Assembly: GCA_963823445.1 (NCBI GenBank)
Contig: CAWGLT010000023.1
Location: 151,018 to 215,017 of the forward strand
DNA from: an uncultured Acidobacteriota bacterium
GTDB lineage: Bacteria; Acidobacteriota; Thermoanaerobaculia; Thermoanaerobaculales; Sulfomarinibacteraceae
Length of the DNA stretch: 64,000 nt
Reading direction: 5' to 3'
The notes beneath the pieces were generated by a model, which was given only the letters and a program-made list of their open reading frames with translations, searched no databases and had not been told where the DNA came from. Below are positions 52,749-61,758 of this stretch, piece after piece; position 1 is the first letter of the stretch, and the number at the start of each line of letters is the position of its first letter. Position numbers and translations under genes: made by a program.

Positions 52749-53915
52749 CTAAGATCTGCTCTCTTGGGCGTCCTCACCCCGCGCATGCCACGCGGCGAGG
52801 ACTTTCTTCTCTTTCTCTGCCGAAAGCCCCGCCTTTGGATTGGCGCGGCGCTCCTCGGGCAGCGAGTTCCAGTAGTCCATGGTGGCCTTGGCGGTGTCGG
52901 CGAGCGGTCTGAAACTCAACCCCGCGTCGAGGGCCCGCTGGATGCTCGATGACGAGAACCCGGCGTATTCACCCACCGGGGGAACCCACACCGTCATCTC
53001 CATCCAGGGCTGGACCTCGTGCTTCTCGAGGAAATCCGCATCGACCCAGGTGAAGGAGATCTCATTGTCGACCGCGCCGCGGATCCCGTAGAGCATCCCG
53101 GCGATGCTCATGGGCGATCGCGGGCCGACCCCGTTGTAGGTGCCGGCTGCCTTCGCCTCCACCAGTCGGATGTACCACTCGCCGAGATCGCGACAGTCGA
53201 TGAACTGCACCGGATCGTCTGGGTGGCCCGGCGCCATGACCTCGCCGCCGCGGAAGATCCGGACCGGCCAGTAGGAGAAGCGATCGGAGTAGTCGCCCGG
53301 ACCGACGATGAGACCCGGGCGAACGACGATGGCCCGGCCGGGGAAGGCCTTGCGCGCCTCTTCCTCGCAACGCGCCTTGAGCGGGCCGTAGTTTTCACCG
53401 GTGATGTCTTTCGTGGTCTTGACCAGGGCCTCGTCTTCGGCGGAGATCCGGCCGACGGCGGCGGTCTCGTCGGCGTCGGGGACCGACGAATCGGCATAGG
53501 CCGAGATCGACGACGTGTAGAGATAGAGATCGGCCGCGCCCGCGAGCAGCCCCGCCGATTCGGAGACCCAGCGCGGGATCGAGGCGGTGTTGTCGATGAC
53601 GACATCCCAGCGCCGGCCGTCGGCGACCGCCTTTTCAAGGGCCGAGATGTCGTCGTTGCGGTCGCCGGTGATGCGTTCCACATCGGGAAAGAGATCGGCG
53701 TTCGTCTTGCCGCGGTTGAAGAGAGTCAGATTGTGACCGCGGGCGAGGGCGTACTCCACCATTGGAGGTCCGATGAGGCCGGTCCCGCCGAGGACGAGGA
53801 TCTCGAGCGGTTTGGCCGCTGTGCCGGTATCGGCCGAACCGGCGCGAGCGGCTGCTGCGGCGGCGGTGGCGGCGAGGACGGAGAGCTGGACGAATTGACG
53901 TCGGTTGGTGGGCAT
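52749..53915 (-). CDS. NAD-dependent epimerase/dehydratase-family protein with Tat-type signal
   Basis: Twin-arginine N-terminus (NRRQFVQLSVLAATAAAAAA) and a GGTGLIG Rossmann motif. Confidence 0.7.
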   Translation of the reverse strand: MPTNRRQFVQLSVLAATAAAAAARAGSADTGTAAKPLEILVLGGTGLIGPPMVEYALARGHNLTLFNRGKTNADLFPDVERITGDRNDDISALEKAVADGRRWDVVIDNTASIPRWVSESAGLLAGAADLYLYTSSISAYADSSVPDADETAAVGRISAEDEALVKTTKDITGENYGPLKARCEEEARKAFPGRAIVVRPGLIVGPGDYSDRFSYWPVRIFRGGEVMAPGHPDDPVQFIDCRDLGEWYIRLVEAKAAGTYNGVGPRSPMSIAGMLYGIRGAVDNEISFTWVDADFLEKHEVQPWMEMTVWVPPVGEYAGFSSSSIQRALDAGLSFRPLADTAKATMDYWNSLPEERRANPKAGLSAEKEKKVLAAWHARGEDAQESRS

Positions 53916-54013
53916 TTCGTGATCTCCCTGCAGGCACGATGGGTGCCGAATGAGTATACGGGGGCTGCGATGCAGGGTTTGACCGAAAACGGGTAGGATG
54001 AGGTGTCAATTTT

Positions 54014-54162
54014 GAATGATGAATTATGAATTATGAATTATGAATTATGAGTTGAGAATTCGGAGTGAGGTGTGAGGAAGTACGTGCTGCGGTAAGGGGT
54101 GCGACACGCCCAACGTCTAACGTCTAACGTCTAACCCCTAACGTCCAACTCCTAACCTCCTG
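54014..54162. repeat. two abutting heptad arrays: (GAATTAT)4 grading into GAGTGAG/GTGTGAG, then (CGTCTAA)3 grading into CCCCTAA/CTCCTAA
   Basis: 7-nt periodicity over about 10 units on the left (54014-54083) and about 7 units on the right (54114-54162), in a divergent promoter region. Confidence 0.8.
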
Positions 54163-54185
54163 ACCCAGCCGAGAGGGGAATCTGA

Positions 54186-55007
54186 ATGGCCAAGCGACTC
54201 GATGGAACGGTCGCCTTCATCACCGGGGCTTCGTCGGGGATCGGCGCGGCGATGGCGCGCGACTTCGCCCGCCGCGGCGCCGATGTCGTGCTCACGGCTC
54301 GACGCCGAGAGCGGCTCGAGGCTCTGGCGATGGAGATCCGCGCCCGTGGTCGCCGGGCTCTCGTGGTCCGGTGCGATGTGACCGCCGATGGTGATCTCGA
54401 AGCCGCAGCGGCCGAGGCCGTCGACGCGTTCGGCCGCATCGACTGGGTCGTCGCCAACGCCGGGTTTGGCGTCGCCGGCTGGTTTCACCGCCGCGAGCTC
54501 GCCGACTACCGGCGGCAGTTCGAGACCAACGTCTACGGCGTCATTCGCACCGCGTTCGCGACCCGCGAGGCCCTGGAAGCCTCGGGAGGATGCTTCGCCG
54601 TCATGGGCTCGGTCATGAGCCACGTCTCGTTGCCGGGAACCTCGCCGTACGCCATGAGCAAGCACGCCGTCCGGGCCCTCGCGGCGTCGCTGCGCAACGA
54701 GTGGCGGTCCCGCGGTGTAGCGGTGACCCTGCTGGCGCCCGGCTTTGTCGACTCGGAGATCCGTCAGGTCGGCAACGACGGGCAACGCAATCCGGACGCC
54801 GGGGATTCGGTGCCCAGGTGGTTGCGGATGCGAACCGACACCGCCGCCCGCAAGATGGTGACGGCGGTGGTGCGGCGGAAACGCGAGGCCGTGATCACGT
54901 TTCACGGCAAGATCGGCGTGTTTCTCGCGCGGTACGCGCCCGGTCTCCTCGACCTCCTGGTCCGGATCTTCGGCGTCAGGAGTTCGCGAGGGAGGAAACC
55001 CGAATAG
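54186..55007 (+). CDS. short-chain dehydrogenase/reductase (SDR)
   Basis: TGASSGIG cofactor motif and catalytic YAMSK. Confidence 0.85.
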   Translation: MAKRLDGTVAFITGASSGIGAAMARDFARRGADVVLTARRRERLEALAMEIRARGRRALVVRCDVTADGDLEAAAAEAVDAFGRIDWVVANAGFGVAGWFHRRELADYRRQFETNVYGVIRTAFATREALEASGGCFAVMGSVMSHVSLPGTSPYAMSKHAVRALAASLRNEWRSRGVAVTLLAPGFVDSEIRQVGNDGQRNPDAGDSVPRWLRMRTDTAARKMVTAVVRRKREAVITFHGKIGVFLARYAPGLLDLLVRIFGVRSSRGRKPE

Positions 55008-55137
55008 CGGCAGCCTACGCGGGTTGATCGAAGATCTGTCTCAATACCGGTCGCCCGAGTTGACATGACGTTGACCTTCGAGAGCTTGACGGCCGCGGCT
55101 GTTTTGCTACGCTCCAGGAAAGCTCGGGACGGTCAAT

Positions 55138-57351
55138 GTGGCGAACGGACAAAAAAAGACGCACCCGCGACGGCATCTCGATGCCCTCGCAACACCTGCG
55201 GACGGCGTTTCGCCGGTGACGGCCGAGGTGTCGCCAGCGGGCGCGGGCGGCGGACTGGTGGTTCTCACGGTGCTGCCGAGCGTGGCCGAGACCGATCTGG
55301 TGCGCACCCGGCTTCCCCTGGCATTGGCCGGGGTCGTCCTCAAGTCCACCTTGAGCCTCGCCGGTGCGGTGGATCGGATCACGGCCGGCGGCATCGATAT
55401 CGTCCTGCTCGGACTCGATCTTCCCGACAGCTCGGGGCTTCCGACCTTCCAGAGACTGCACGACTGCAACCCCGATGTCCCCATCATCGTCATGGTCGAT
55501 GAGGACGGCGAAGATGTGGCGTTGAGAGCCATCGCGCAGGGCGCTCAGGGCTATCTCACCCGGACGAAGATCGACCCGGCCCAGTTGCGCCACTGCATCC
55601 TGGCCGCGGTGGAACGGCAGCGGGTCCTGCGGCGGATTCGCGGTGAGGCCGAGCGGTACTCCCTGGCCATCGATGGGACCAGCGACGGGTTGTGGGACTG
55701 GGACCTCGAGAGCGACGCCGTTTTCTACTCGGCGCGATGGAATGGCCTCATGGGGCTTCCCGAGCGTGATGTGGTCGCCGGCCCGCATCACTGGTTCGAC
55801 CGGGTTCACCCCGACGACCTCTCGGGGTTGAAGGACATGCTCATCGAGCACCTCAGCGGCAACGCCCGGCATTTCGAGCACGAGTACCGGGTCCGCGGCA
55901 CCGGGGGCGACTTTCTCTGGGTGCTGTCGAGAGGCCTGGTGGTGCGAAACCTCAACGGCGAGGCCCGTCGGATCGCCGGATCGATGACCGACATCACCGA
56001 GAGAAAACTCGCGGAGAAGCTCCTCGCCTTCGGCGCCCTCCACGACGAACTCACCGGGCTCGCGAACCGCACCCTCTTCAAGGACCGGCTGACGGTGGCC
56101 CTCAAGACGATGAAACGCCAGTCGGGGTCCCCGTTCGGGGTCCTTTTTCTCGATCTGGATCGTTTCAAGAGGGTCAACGACACCTTCGGACACTCGGTGG
56201 GCGATCGTCTCCTGGTGGAGATCGCCCGGCGGCTCGCGACCTTTCTTCGGCCCGGCGACACCCTCGCCCGGCTCGGTGGCGATGAGTTCGGGATTCTCGT
56301 GGCCGACGCCCCCAGCGTGTCCGACGCGCTGCATGTGGCGGAACGGGTCCAGGAGCGGCTCAGGGTTCCGTTTGTCGTCGACGACCGCACCCTCGAGGTA
56401 TCGGCGAGCATCGGAATCGCCCTGAGCGCCACGGGATACGACGAACCCGAGGAGATCCTCCACGACGCGGATGTCGCCATGTACCGCGCCAAGGCTGCCG
56501 GCCGAGGCCAGACCCAGGTCTTCGACCCGTTGATGCATCGCTCCGCCGTCGCGCTCATGCGGCTCGAAAGCGAGTTGCGCCAGGCGGTTGATCGTGATGA
56601 GTTCGTCATGTACTACCAGCCCGTCGTGTCCTTCGATTGCGGCCGGGTGGTCGGTTTCGAGGCTCTGGTGCGGTGGAATCACCCCGAACGGGGCCTGCTC
56701 CAGCCCGGGCAGTTTTTTGCCATCGCCGAGGAATCCGGTCTCGCGAACGCCATCGGGTGGTGGGCGATCGAGGACGCGTGCCGGCAGCTCGTTGAGTGGC
56801 ACCGGCGATTCCCCGAGAATCCGACCCTCTGGGTCTCGGTCAACATCTCGGACCGACTCTTCATGCAGGCCGACATGGTGAGTCGGGCCAGGGCCATTCT
56901 CGCGGAGACCGGTCTCGATCCCACGACCCTGCGTCTCGAGTTTCGCGAAGAGGTGGTGGTCCGCCACGGCGAGCAGGCCATCGCCAAACTCGAGGAGCTT
57001 CGGCGGACCGGGATCCGACTGGCGGTGGACGACTTCGGGAGCGGTCTCTCGCATTTGAGCTTTCTCCAGAGATTCCGCTACGACACCCTCAAGATCGACC
57101 CCTCCTACATCAGTGCCCTCGGCGCCGACGCTCCCACCATGATCGAGACCATCCTCTCCATGGCCGACGGTTTCGGCATCGGAGTCATCGCCGAGGGGGT
57201 GGAGACCGCGGACCAGGCGGACCGGCTGCGCCGGCTGCGCTGCCCCGAGGGACAGGGTTTCTGGTTCGCCCGTCCCGTGGTGCCGAGCGACGCCGAGCGT
57301 CTCATCATCACGACTCCGGAGTGGTGGGGGATGGGATCTCAGCCGCACTAG
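55138..57351 (+). CDS. receiver-like - PAS - GGDEF - EAL signalling protein
   Basis: REC-like region (DIVLLGLDLPD), PAS (DGLWDWDL), GGDEF (RLGGDEFG) and EAL (FEALVRW ... DDFGSG). The GTG start is uncertain. The N-terminal acidic pocket of the receiver looks degenerate. Confidence 0.85.
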   Translation: MANGQKKTHPRRHLDALATPADGVSPVTAEVSPAGAGGGLVVLTVLPSVAETDLVRTRLPLALAGVVLKSTLSLAGAVDRITAGGIDIVLLGLDLPDSSGLPTFQRLHDCNPDVPIIVMVDEDGEDVALRAIAQGAQGYLTRTKIDPAQLRHCILAAVERQRVLRRIRGEAERYSLAIDGTSDGLWDWDLESDAVFYSARWNGLMGLPERDVVAGPHHWFDRVHPDDLSGLKDMLIEHLSGNARHFEHEYRVRGTGGDFLWVLSRGLVVRNLNGEARRIAGSMTDITERKLAEKLLAFGALHDELTGLANRTLFKDRLTVALKTMKRQSGSPFGVLFLDLDRFKRVNDTFGHSVGDRLLVEIARRLATFLRPGDTLARLGGDEFGILVADAPSVSDALHVAERVQERLRVPFVVDDRTLEVSASIGIALSATGYDEPEEILHDADVAMYRAKAAGRGQTQVFDPLMHRSAVALMRLESELRQAVDRDEFVMYYQPVVSFDCGRVVGFEALVRWNHPERGLLQPGQFFAIAEESGLANAIGWWAIEDACRQLVEWHRRFPENPTLWVSVNISDRLFMQADMVSRARAILAETGLDPTTLRLEFREEVVVRHGEQAIAKLEELRRTGIRLAVDDFGSGLSHLSFLQRFRYDTLKIDPSYISALGADAPTMIETILSMADGFGIGVIAEGVETADQADRLRRLRCPEGQGFWFARPVVPSDAERLIITTPEWWGMGSQPH

Positions 57352-57428
57352 TTCGGGCTTGCGATGTCCCGGGTTCTGATGATCGGTGCTGGCTCCTGGG
57401 GAACGAAGGACAGCGCGTTCAGCGGCGC

Positions 57429-57470
57429 GTGCCTGGCTCTCTTTTCGTCCGACGAAAAGGTGCCTGGCAC
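57429..57470 (+). repeat. GTGCCTGGC-flanked hairpin element, copy F3
   Basis: Core identical to F2. Lies in the 227-nt spacer upstream of the RNase H gene. Confidence 0.9.
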
Positions 57471-57578
57471 CGCACGGGAAGGGCGCTCAAAGCACCATGC
57501 GAGGAAAGGCGATTCGTTCGGAGCTTCGGGCTAGCTTGGTTTGCCGCCGGAGTGGTGACTGCGCTACCGTCACTCATC

Positions 57579-58490
57579 ATGAGCGAGACCCTTCCCTCCG
57601 TCACCATCTACACCGATGGCGGCTGCCGACCCAATCCCGGGCCCGGCGGATGGGGCGCCATCGTCCTCCACAAGGGCGGTGATCCCATCGAGATGAACGG
57701 AGCCGACCCCAAGGCCACCAACAACCGGATGGAGCTCCAGGCCGCCATCGAGGCGCTGCGCTCCCTCGACGGACCGCACCGAGTCGAGCTCGTGACCGAT
57801 TCCCAGTATGTCCGCAAGGGCGTCACCGAGTGGATGACCACGTGGCGCGCCACCGGATGGAAGACCGCCGGAAAGAAGGATGTGGCCAACCGCGATCTCT
57901 GGGAGGTTCTCGACGGCGAGATCAAACGGCACAAGGTCCTCTGGCGTTGGGTGCGCGGCCACACCGGCGACAAGTGGAACGAGCGCGCCGACGAGTTGGC
58001 GTCGGCGGCGATCCCTCGCGCGCCGCTGCCGATCGACGACCCCGAGGCGGTTCACCTCTTCACCGCCGTCGCCCAATCGGGGAAACTGGGCGCCGGCGCC
58101 TGGGCGGTCCTGCTCCGCTTTCGCGGGGAGGAGCGTGAGCTCAGCGGACGACAGGCCGGGGCTTCGGCCAACCGGATGCACATCACCGGCGCCGGGATGG
58201 GTCTCGCCGAGCTCAACCGGCGGGTCAAGGTCCACCTCTACACCGCGTCGGATTACCTCAAGGACGGCGCCACCACCTGGATCAAGGGCTGGCAGGCGAG
58301 AGACTGGACGACCCGCGACGGAAAGCCCGTGGCCAACCAGGACCTCTGGCGGCGGCTGGCGACCCTCCTGGGCCGGCACGAGGTCCACTGGCACGTGGTC
58401 TCGCGCGACAGCATGCCGGAGGAGATGGAGCGGGCCAAGGCAAGTGCGACCCACGCCCTCGAGGGAGGCAAACCGGACGCCGCCGACTGA
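57579..58490 (+). CDS. rnhA: RNase HI with a second, catalytically degenerate RNase H-like domain
   Basis: Domain 1 has YTDGG, NNRMELQA, TDSQY and GHTGDKWNERADELA. Domain 2 aligns by eye (FTAVA, NRMHITGA, TASDY, RDSMPEEMERAKASA) but the acidic catalytic residues are replaced. Confidence 0.8.
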   Translation: MSETLPSVTIYTDGGCRPNPGPGGWGAIVLHKGGDPIEMNGADPKATNNRMELQAAIEALRSLDGPHRVELVTDSQYVRKGVTEWMTTWRATGWKTAGKKDVANRDLWEVLDGEIKRHKVLWRWVRGHTGDKWNERADELASAAIPRAPLPIDDPEAVHLFTAVAQSGKLGAGAWAVLLRFRGEERELSGRQAGASANRMHITGAGMGLAELNRRVKVHLYTASDYLKDGATTWIKGWQARDWTTRDGKPVANQDLWRRLATLLGRHEVHWHVVSRDSMPEEMERAKASATHALEGGKPDAAD

Positions 58491-58528
58491 CCCGCCTGCC
58501 TGCATCGCTGCGGTGGAAACCTCTCGGG

Positions 58529-58993
58529 TCAGGACGATTTCCACATCCGGGGATCGAATGAGAACGCCTCATGGTCGCCGATCTCGATGTCGTTGAAGTC
58601 GGGGTGGCTCGGGTCGAGGACGAAGTTGTACTCGATCGGGATGAGAGCTGACGGAACCCTCAAGACGCAGGACGCTCCCGAGCGCAGCCATGCTGAGCCG
58701 AGGCTCTTGGTGTCGGCCGGCGGCGGTTGCGCACGCCATGTGGGGGGAAGCTCCGGCGGGCCCGAGACGAGTTGCTCCGGTATTTCAACCGGAATGGCGA
58801 CCAGCCGGAGAGCAGTCCGCGATCTTGTGTCGAGGTGAACGAAGAGATCGAGGGCAGCGAGGGAGAGCGTGCTGGAGACATAGACGACGGCCTCGCCCGG
58901 CTGGTTCCATCGACCTCCGGCGAGCCGAGCACCCATTCCCGTGAACGCGGTCGCTGCCTGGGTGGCCTTGACCAGCCGCCAGCCGAGGATCAC
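58529..58993 (-). CDS. RES-domain toxin
   Basis: 154 aa. Pattern GARLAGGRWN..G..VVY.S and SALIPIEYNFVL. Overlaps the upstream antitoxin gene by 4 nt. Confidence 0.8.
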   Translation of the reverse strand: MILGWRLVKATQAATAFTGMGARLAGGRWNQPGEAVVYVSSTLSLAALDLFVHLDTRSRTALRLVAIPVEIPEQLVSGPPELPPTWRAQPPPADTKSLGSAWLRSGASCVLRVPSALIPIEYNFVLDPSHPDFNDIEIGDHEAFSFDPRMWKSS

Positions 58994-59451
58994 GAAACGA
59001 CGCCGTACTCGATCCGCATCAGCAATGCCTCGACCTCACGGCTGCCCGCATCGCTGGTCATGAGATCCAGAGGCACCCGGGTGTCGAGCCCGACCTGCGG
59101 GCTGCGGAGCCACTCGCGAGCGCTCTCGGGGCTCTCGAGAACGTCGAGAGTCAGCTGAAAAAGCCGGGCGAGTCGGTAGAGCCGATCGCTGGCCTGGCTG
59201 CTGAGGTGCCGATCAGGGTCCTTCCGGAGTCGGTGGATAGTCTTGAGACTGATGCCGAGGGCGTGGGCAACCTCGGCGTCCGACAATCCGACGACGACCT
59301 TGACGCGATCGAGGGAATCGGTGGGAAGACCGTGGTCGACGGCGTCGGCCATCTTCAGCTGGGTGCTGATCTTCGTGCCGAGAATCCTCGGTCCGCCAAG
59401 CAGCTCTGCGACTTCTGCGATGCTCATCTGGGGCTCCATGTCATCTGACAT
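58990..59451 (-). CDS. Xre-family antitoxin with C-terminal DUF2384-like toxin-binding domain
   Basis: HTH (LSDAEVAHALGISLKTIHRLRK) and a C-terminal W..P...L.G..P.DL motif. The start is ambiguous (ATG 59451, 59439 or 59427). Confidence 0.75.
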   Translation of the reverse strand: MSDDMEPQMSIAEVAELLGGPRILGTKISTQLKMADAVDHGLPTDSLDRVKVVVGLSDAEVAHALGISLKTIHRLRKDPDRHLSSQASDRLYRLARLFQLTLDVLESPESAREWLRSPQVGLDTRVPLDLMTSDAGSREVEALLMRIEYGVVS

Positions 59452-59596
59452 AAATGTAAACGTCATTTGTCTGAATGTCAACGGGGGACTGGAATTCAGG
59501 CGAAACACCACAAAGCCCCCGAACAGCGGGGTTCGGGGGCCGAGTGCAGTCCGTCAAGATCGCAGGCGCCAGATTTCCGGCGCCCGCCTCGAAAAC

Positions 59597-61672
59597 CTAC
59601 TGCGCCACCGGCATGATGTAGGTCGGATCGTCCGTGCTGCCGTCGACGATGGAGGCGTAGGTCGTCCAGTAGACCGGCGCGCCGTTGATGAGTTCGACCG
59701 AGATCCAGCCGCCGTCGACCACCGTGCTTCCCATGCCCATGTCGCCCAGCAGGTTGTTGATCTGGAGGTAGGCGCCGGGGACGTTGTAGCCCTTGGTCGC
59801 GAGAACCGTTCCATTCGGAGCGTGAATCCTCACCCGGACCGCGAAGCTGCCGGCCGACGCCTGAACCAGCCCGAGGTTGGCGCGGAAGCGTGACGGATCC
59901 GAGAACAGCATGGGCAGGATCATGGTCTGCGCGGTCTCGGCGTCGTTGAGGAGGATGCCCGGGATGCCCTGCCCGAAGGTCCCGCCGTCGGCGGCGAGGT
60001 TGTAGGTCCGGGTGGCGACGGGCATGCCCTCGGCGCTGACGGTGACATAGAGCAGTCCGCTGGTCGGGTTGAGGCTTGCGAGCGGATCATCGATGGCGAG
60101 GGAGCCCCCCGCCGGGATGGTGTGCGGACCGGAGATGGAGCGGCCGGGCCAGCCCTCGCCCCTGGCGACAAAGTAGATCTGCGCCTGTTGCGGGGCGCTC
60201 GTCGGGTTGGGCACGACGATCTGGGTCTTCCAGTTCGAGGTCCCGACGCCGGGGGCCGACGCCGCGGCCGGAACGAGCCAGGTCTGGGTCGTGAAGGCGC
60301 CCCCAGAATCGCGGCCCGCGAGGGTGAGCGCGCCGGTCGAGAGCGGGTCGAGCCAGTCGGAGAGCCGGCCCTCGGAGGTCCCGTCGCCGGTCCAGTGGAC
60401 ATCCATCCGGCCGTAGATGTCGTAGCCGGCCGTGTTGCCGCACGACGCCGTGCCGGCGGTCAGGGTGCCGACGCAGAGCCGGCTGACGGGGTCGTAGATG
60501 CACGAGCCCGAGGAGCCGCCCTCGGTTGTGCCCATTTCCCACTGGTTGATACGCCACTGGTGGCTGCCGGAGCCGTAGTAGTTGTCCTTGTCGAGGGGAT
60601 CGGTGTTGAACGAAATCGATTTCTCGTCACCCGACGGGTGGTGTATCCCCACCGAGCCGGAAGGGATGTTCCCCGTCGCATCCCAGCCCGAGTAGTAGAC
60701 GTTGAACGCCGGGTCGGGAGTCTGGTCGAGACGGACGAGGGCGAAGTCGGAGCCGCTCTGCCACTCCCAGAGCGAAACCAGCGTCGCGCCGCTCTGGTTC
60801 TCGACGAGGCTGCCGCCGGCGTGCAGACCGCAGGTGGGCGATTCGTAGTTCCAGAAAGCGACGATTGAGGTCGCCTCGGAGCCGTTTGAGACGCAGTGCT
60901 GGGCGGTCAGCAGGTACGGCGTGAGGTCCTCCGCGGTGTTGTTGACGAGCTGGGCGGAGCACAGAAAGGCGCCCGAGATCGTGATCCGGGCGGTGGCGCG
61001 GATCTGGTTGCGCCAGCCGTCGCCCTCCGGGCAGATCACGTCGATGTTGCAGGTCCCCTGTTTGGTCGCGGCGGCTTCGGCCTCGCCGAACTCGCGGTAG
61101 CCGTGGTTGACCGAGGCGATCCTGAGGTCGGTTCGCGACCCGGCGCCCGCCGGTTGGTGGTATTCGACGACGATCTCGTCGCCGAGAACCAACGCGGTCC
61201 ACAGACCGCCCTCGGCGTTCCGGTTGTCTCGGGTGTACGGGCCCTGGACCATGGTCCCGTTGCCGTCGTAGAGCCAGAGGCCGGCCCCCGCGGGCAGCTC
61301 GAAACGGTCGAACTCGAGGTTGAGGCTGAGCGCTCCCGGCGAGGCGATCCGCAGCCGCCACAGCGAGCTGCCGTCGCCGAGGTTTTCCCACGTCCCCGCC
61401 GCCGCAGGCGTGATATCGGCGGCGATCGTTGCGGCGAAGCGGAAAGGCGACGGGATTTCCGACCGTTCCCGGATCGCGTCCTCGGCCCGGTAGGCGGCCA
61501 GGTCGATCTCCGGCATCTCGACCCGTGCGACCTCGGAGATGGTCTTCACCGGCTGGATCAGCCCGGGCGGCAGGCCGCGGCCGGCCTCGACCGGAGTGCC
61601 GATCGTGGTGAACCCGAGGACGGTTGCGATGGTTGCGATGATGGCGGGCTGCGAGGGCGCGGCGAGTTTCAT
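59597..61672 (-). CDS. secreted trypsin-fold (S1) serine protease, lysyl-endopeptidase-like, with N-terminal propeptide and C-terminal beta domains
   Basis: Signal peptide and catalytic triad contexts TAQHC, SDFALV and GGSSGS. Confidence 0.75.
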   Translation of the reverse strand: MKLAAPSQPAIIATIATVLGFTTIGTPVEAGRGLPPGLIQPVKTISEVARVEMPEIDLAAYRAEDAIRERSEIPSPFRFAATIAADITPAAAGTWENLGDGSSLWRLRIASPGALSLNLEFDRFELPAGAGLWLYDGNGTMVQGPYTRDNRNAEGGLWTALVLGDEIVVEYHQPAGAGSRTDLRIASVNHGYREFGEAEAAATKQGTCNIDVICPEGDGWRNQIRATARITISGAFLCSAQLVNNTAEDLTPYLLTAQHCVSNGSEATSIVAFWNYESPTCGLHAGGSLVENQSGATLVSLWEWQSGSDFALVRLDQTPDPAFNVYYSGWDATGNIPSGSVGIHHPSGDEKSISFNTDPLDKDNYYGSGSHQWRINQWEMGTTEGGSSGSCIYDPVSRLCVGTLTAGTASCGNTAGYDIYGRMDVHWTGDGTSEGRLSDWLDPLSTGALTLAGRDSGGAFTTQTWLVPAAASAPGVGTSNWKTQIVVPNPTSAPQQAQIYFVARGEGWPGRSISGPHTIPAGGSLAIDDPLASLNPTSGLLYVTVSAEGMPVATRTYNLAADGGTFGQGIPGILLNDAETAQTMILPMLFSDPSRFRANLGLVQASAGSFAVRVRIHAPNGTVLATKGYNVPGAYLQINNLLGDMGMGSTVVDGGWISVELINGAPVYWTTYASIVDGSTDDPTYIMPVAQ

Positions 61673-61758
61673 GGAACACCTTTCTCCGGCAGTCGAGGCC
61701 GGAGGTCAATGATCTCTACGAAATGCAGAACACGGGAAACCGGCCGGGAGTTCCCGGT

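Noticed and set aside
54114-54162. GTCTAAC and CCTAAC words resemble integron attC inverse-core sites (RYYYAAC), and their complement resembles TTAGGG telomere repeats.
   Set aside because: They occur as tandem heptads, not as a single R''/L''...L'/R' attC layout. No matching GTTAGAC core lies at the proper distance, there is no intI integrase or cassette array, and the context is a bacterial chromosome. I regard the resemblance as coincidental.
55015-57348. Very long ORFs run antisense to, or out of frame with, recognised genes. Examples are 55015..57348(-), 6421..7698(-), 614..1603(+), 2152..3378(+), 24028..25824(+), 37177..39336(-), 40512..42167(-) and 56796..57578(+).
   Set aside because: Their translations are Arg/Pro/Gly/Ala-rich with no recognisable motifs. 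Each overlaps a gene with clear family signatures on the other strand or frame. This is the expected stop-codon depletion of a high-GC genome.
57455-57480. TGGCAC within the F element looked like a sigma54 -24 box.
   Set aside because: The sequence 5 nt downstream is GGGAA rather than TTGC, so there is no -12 element. The TGGCAC is part of the GTGCCTGGCAC palindrome repeated on both sides of the hairpin.
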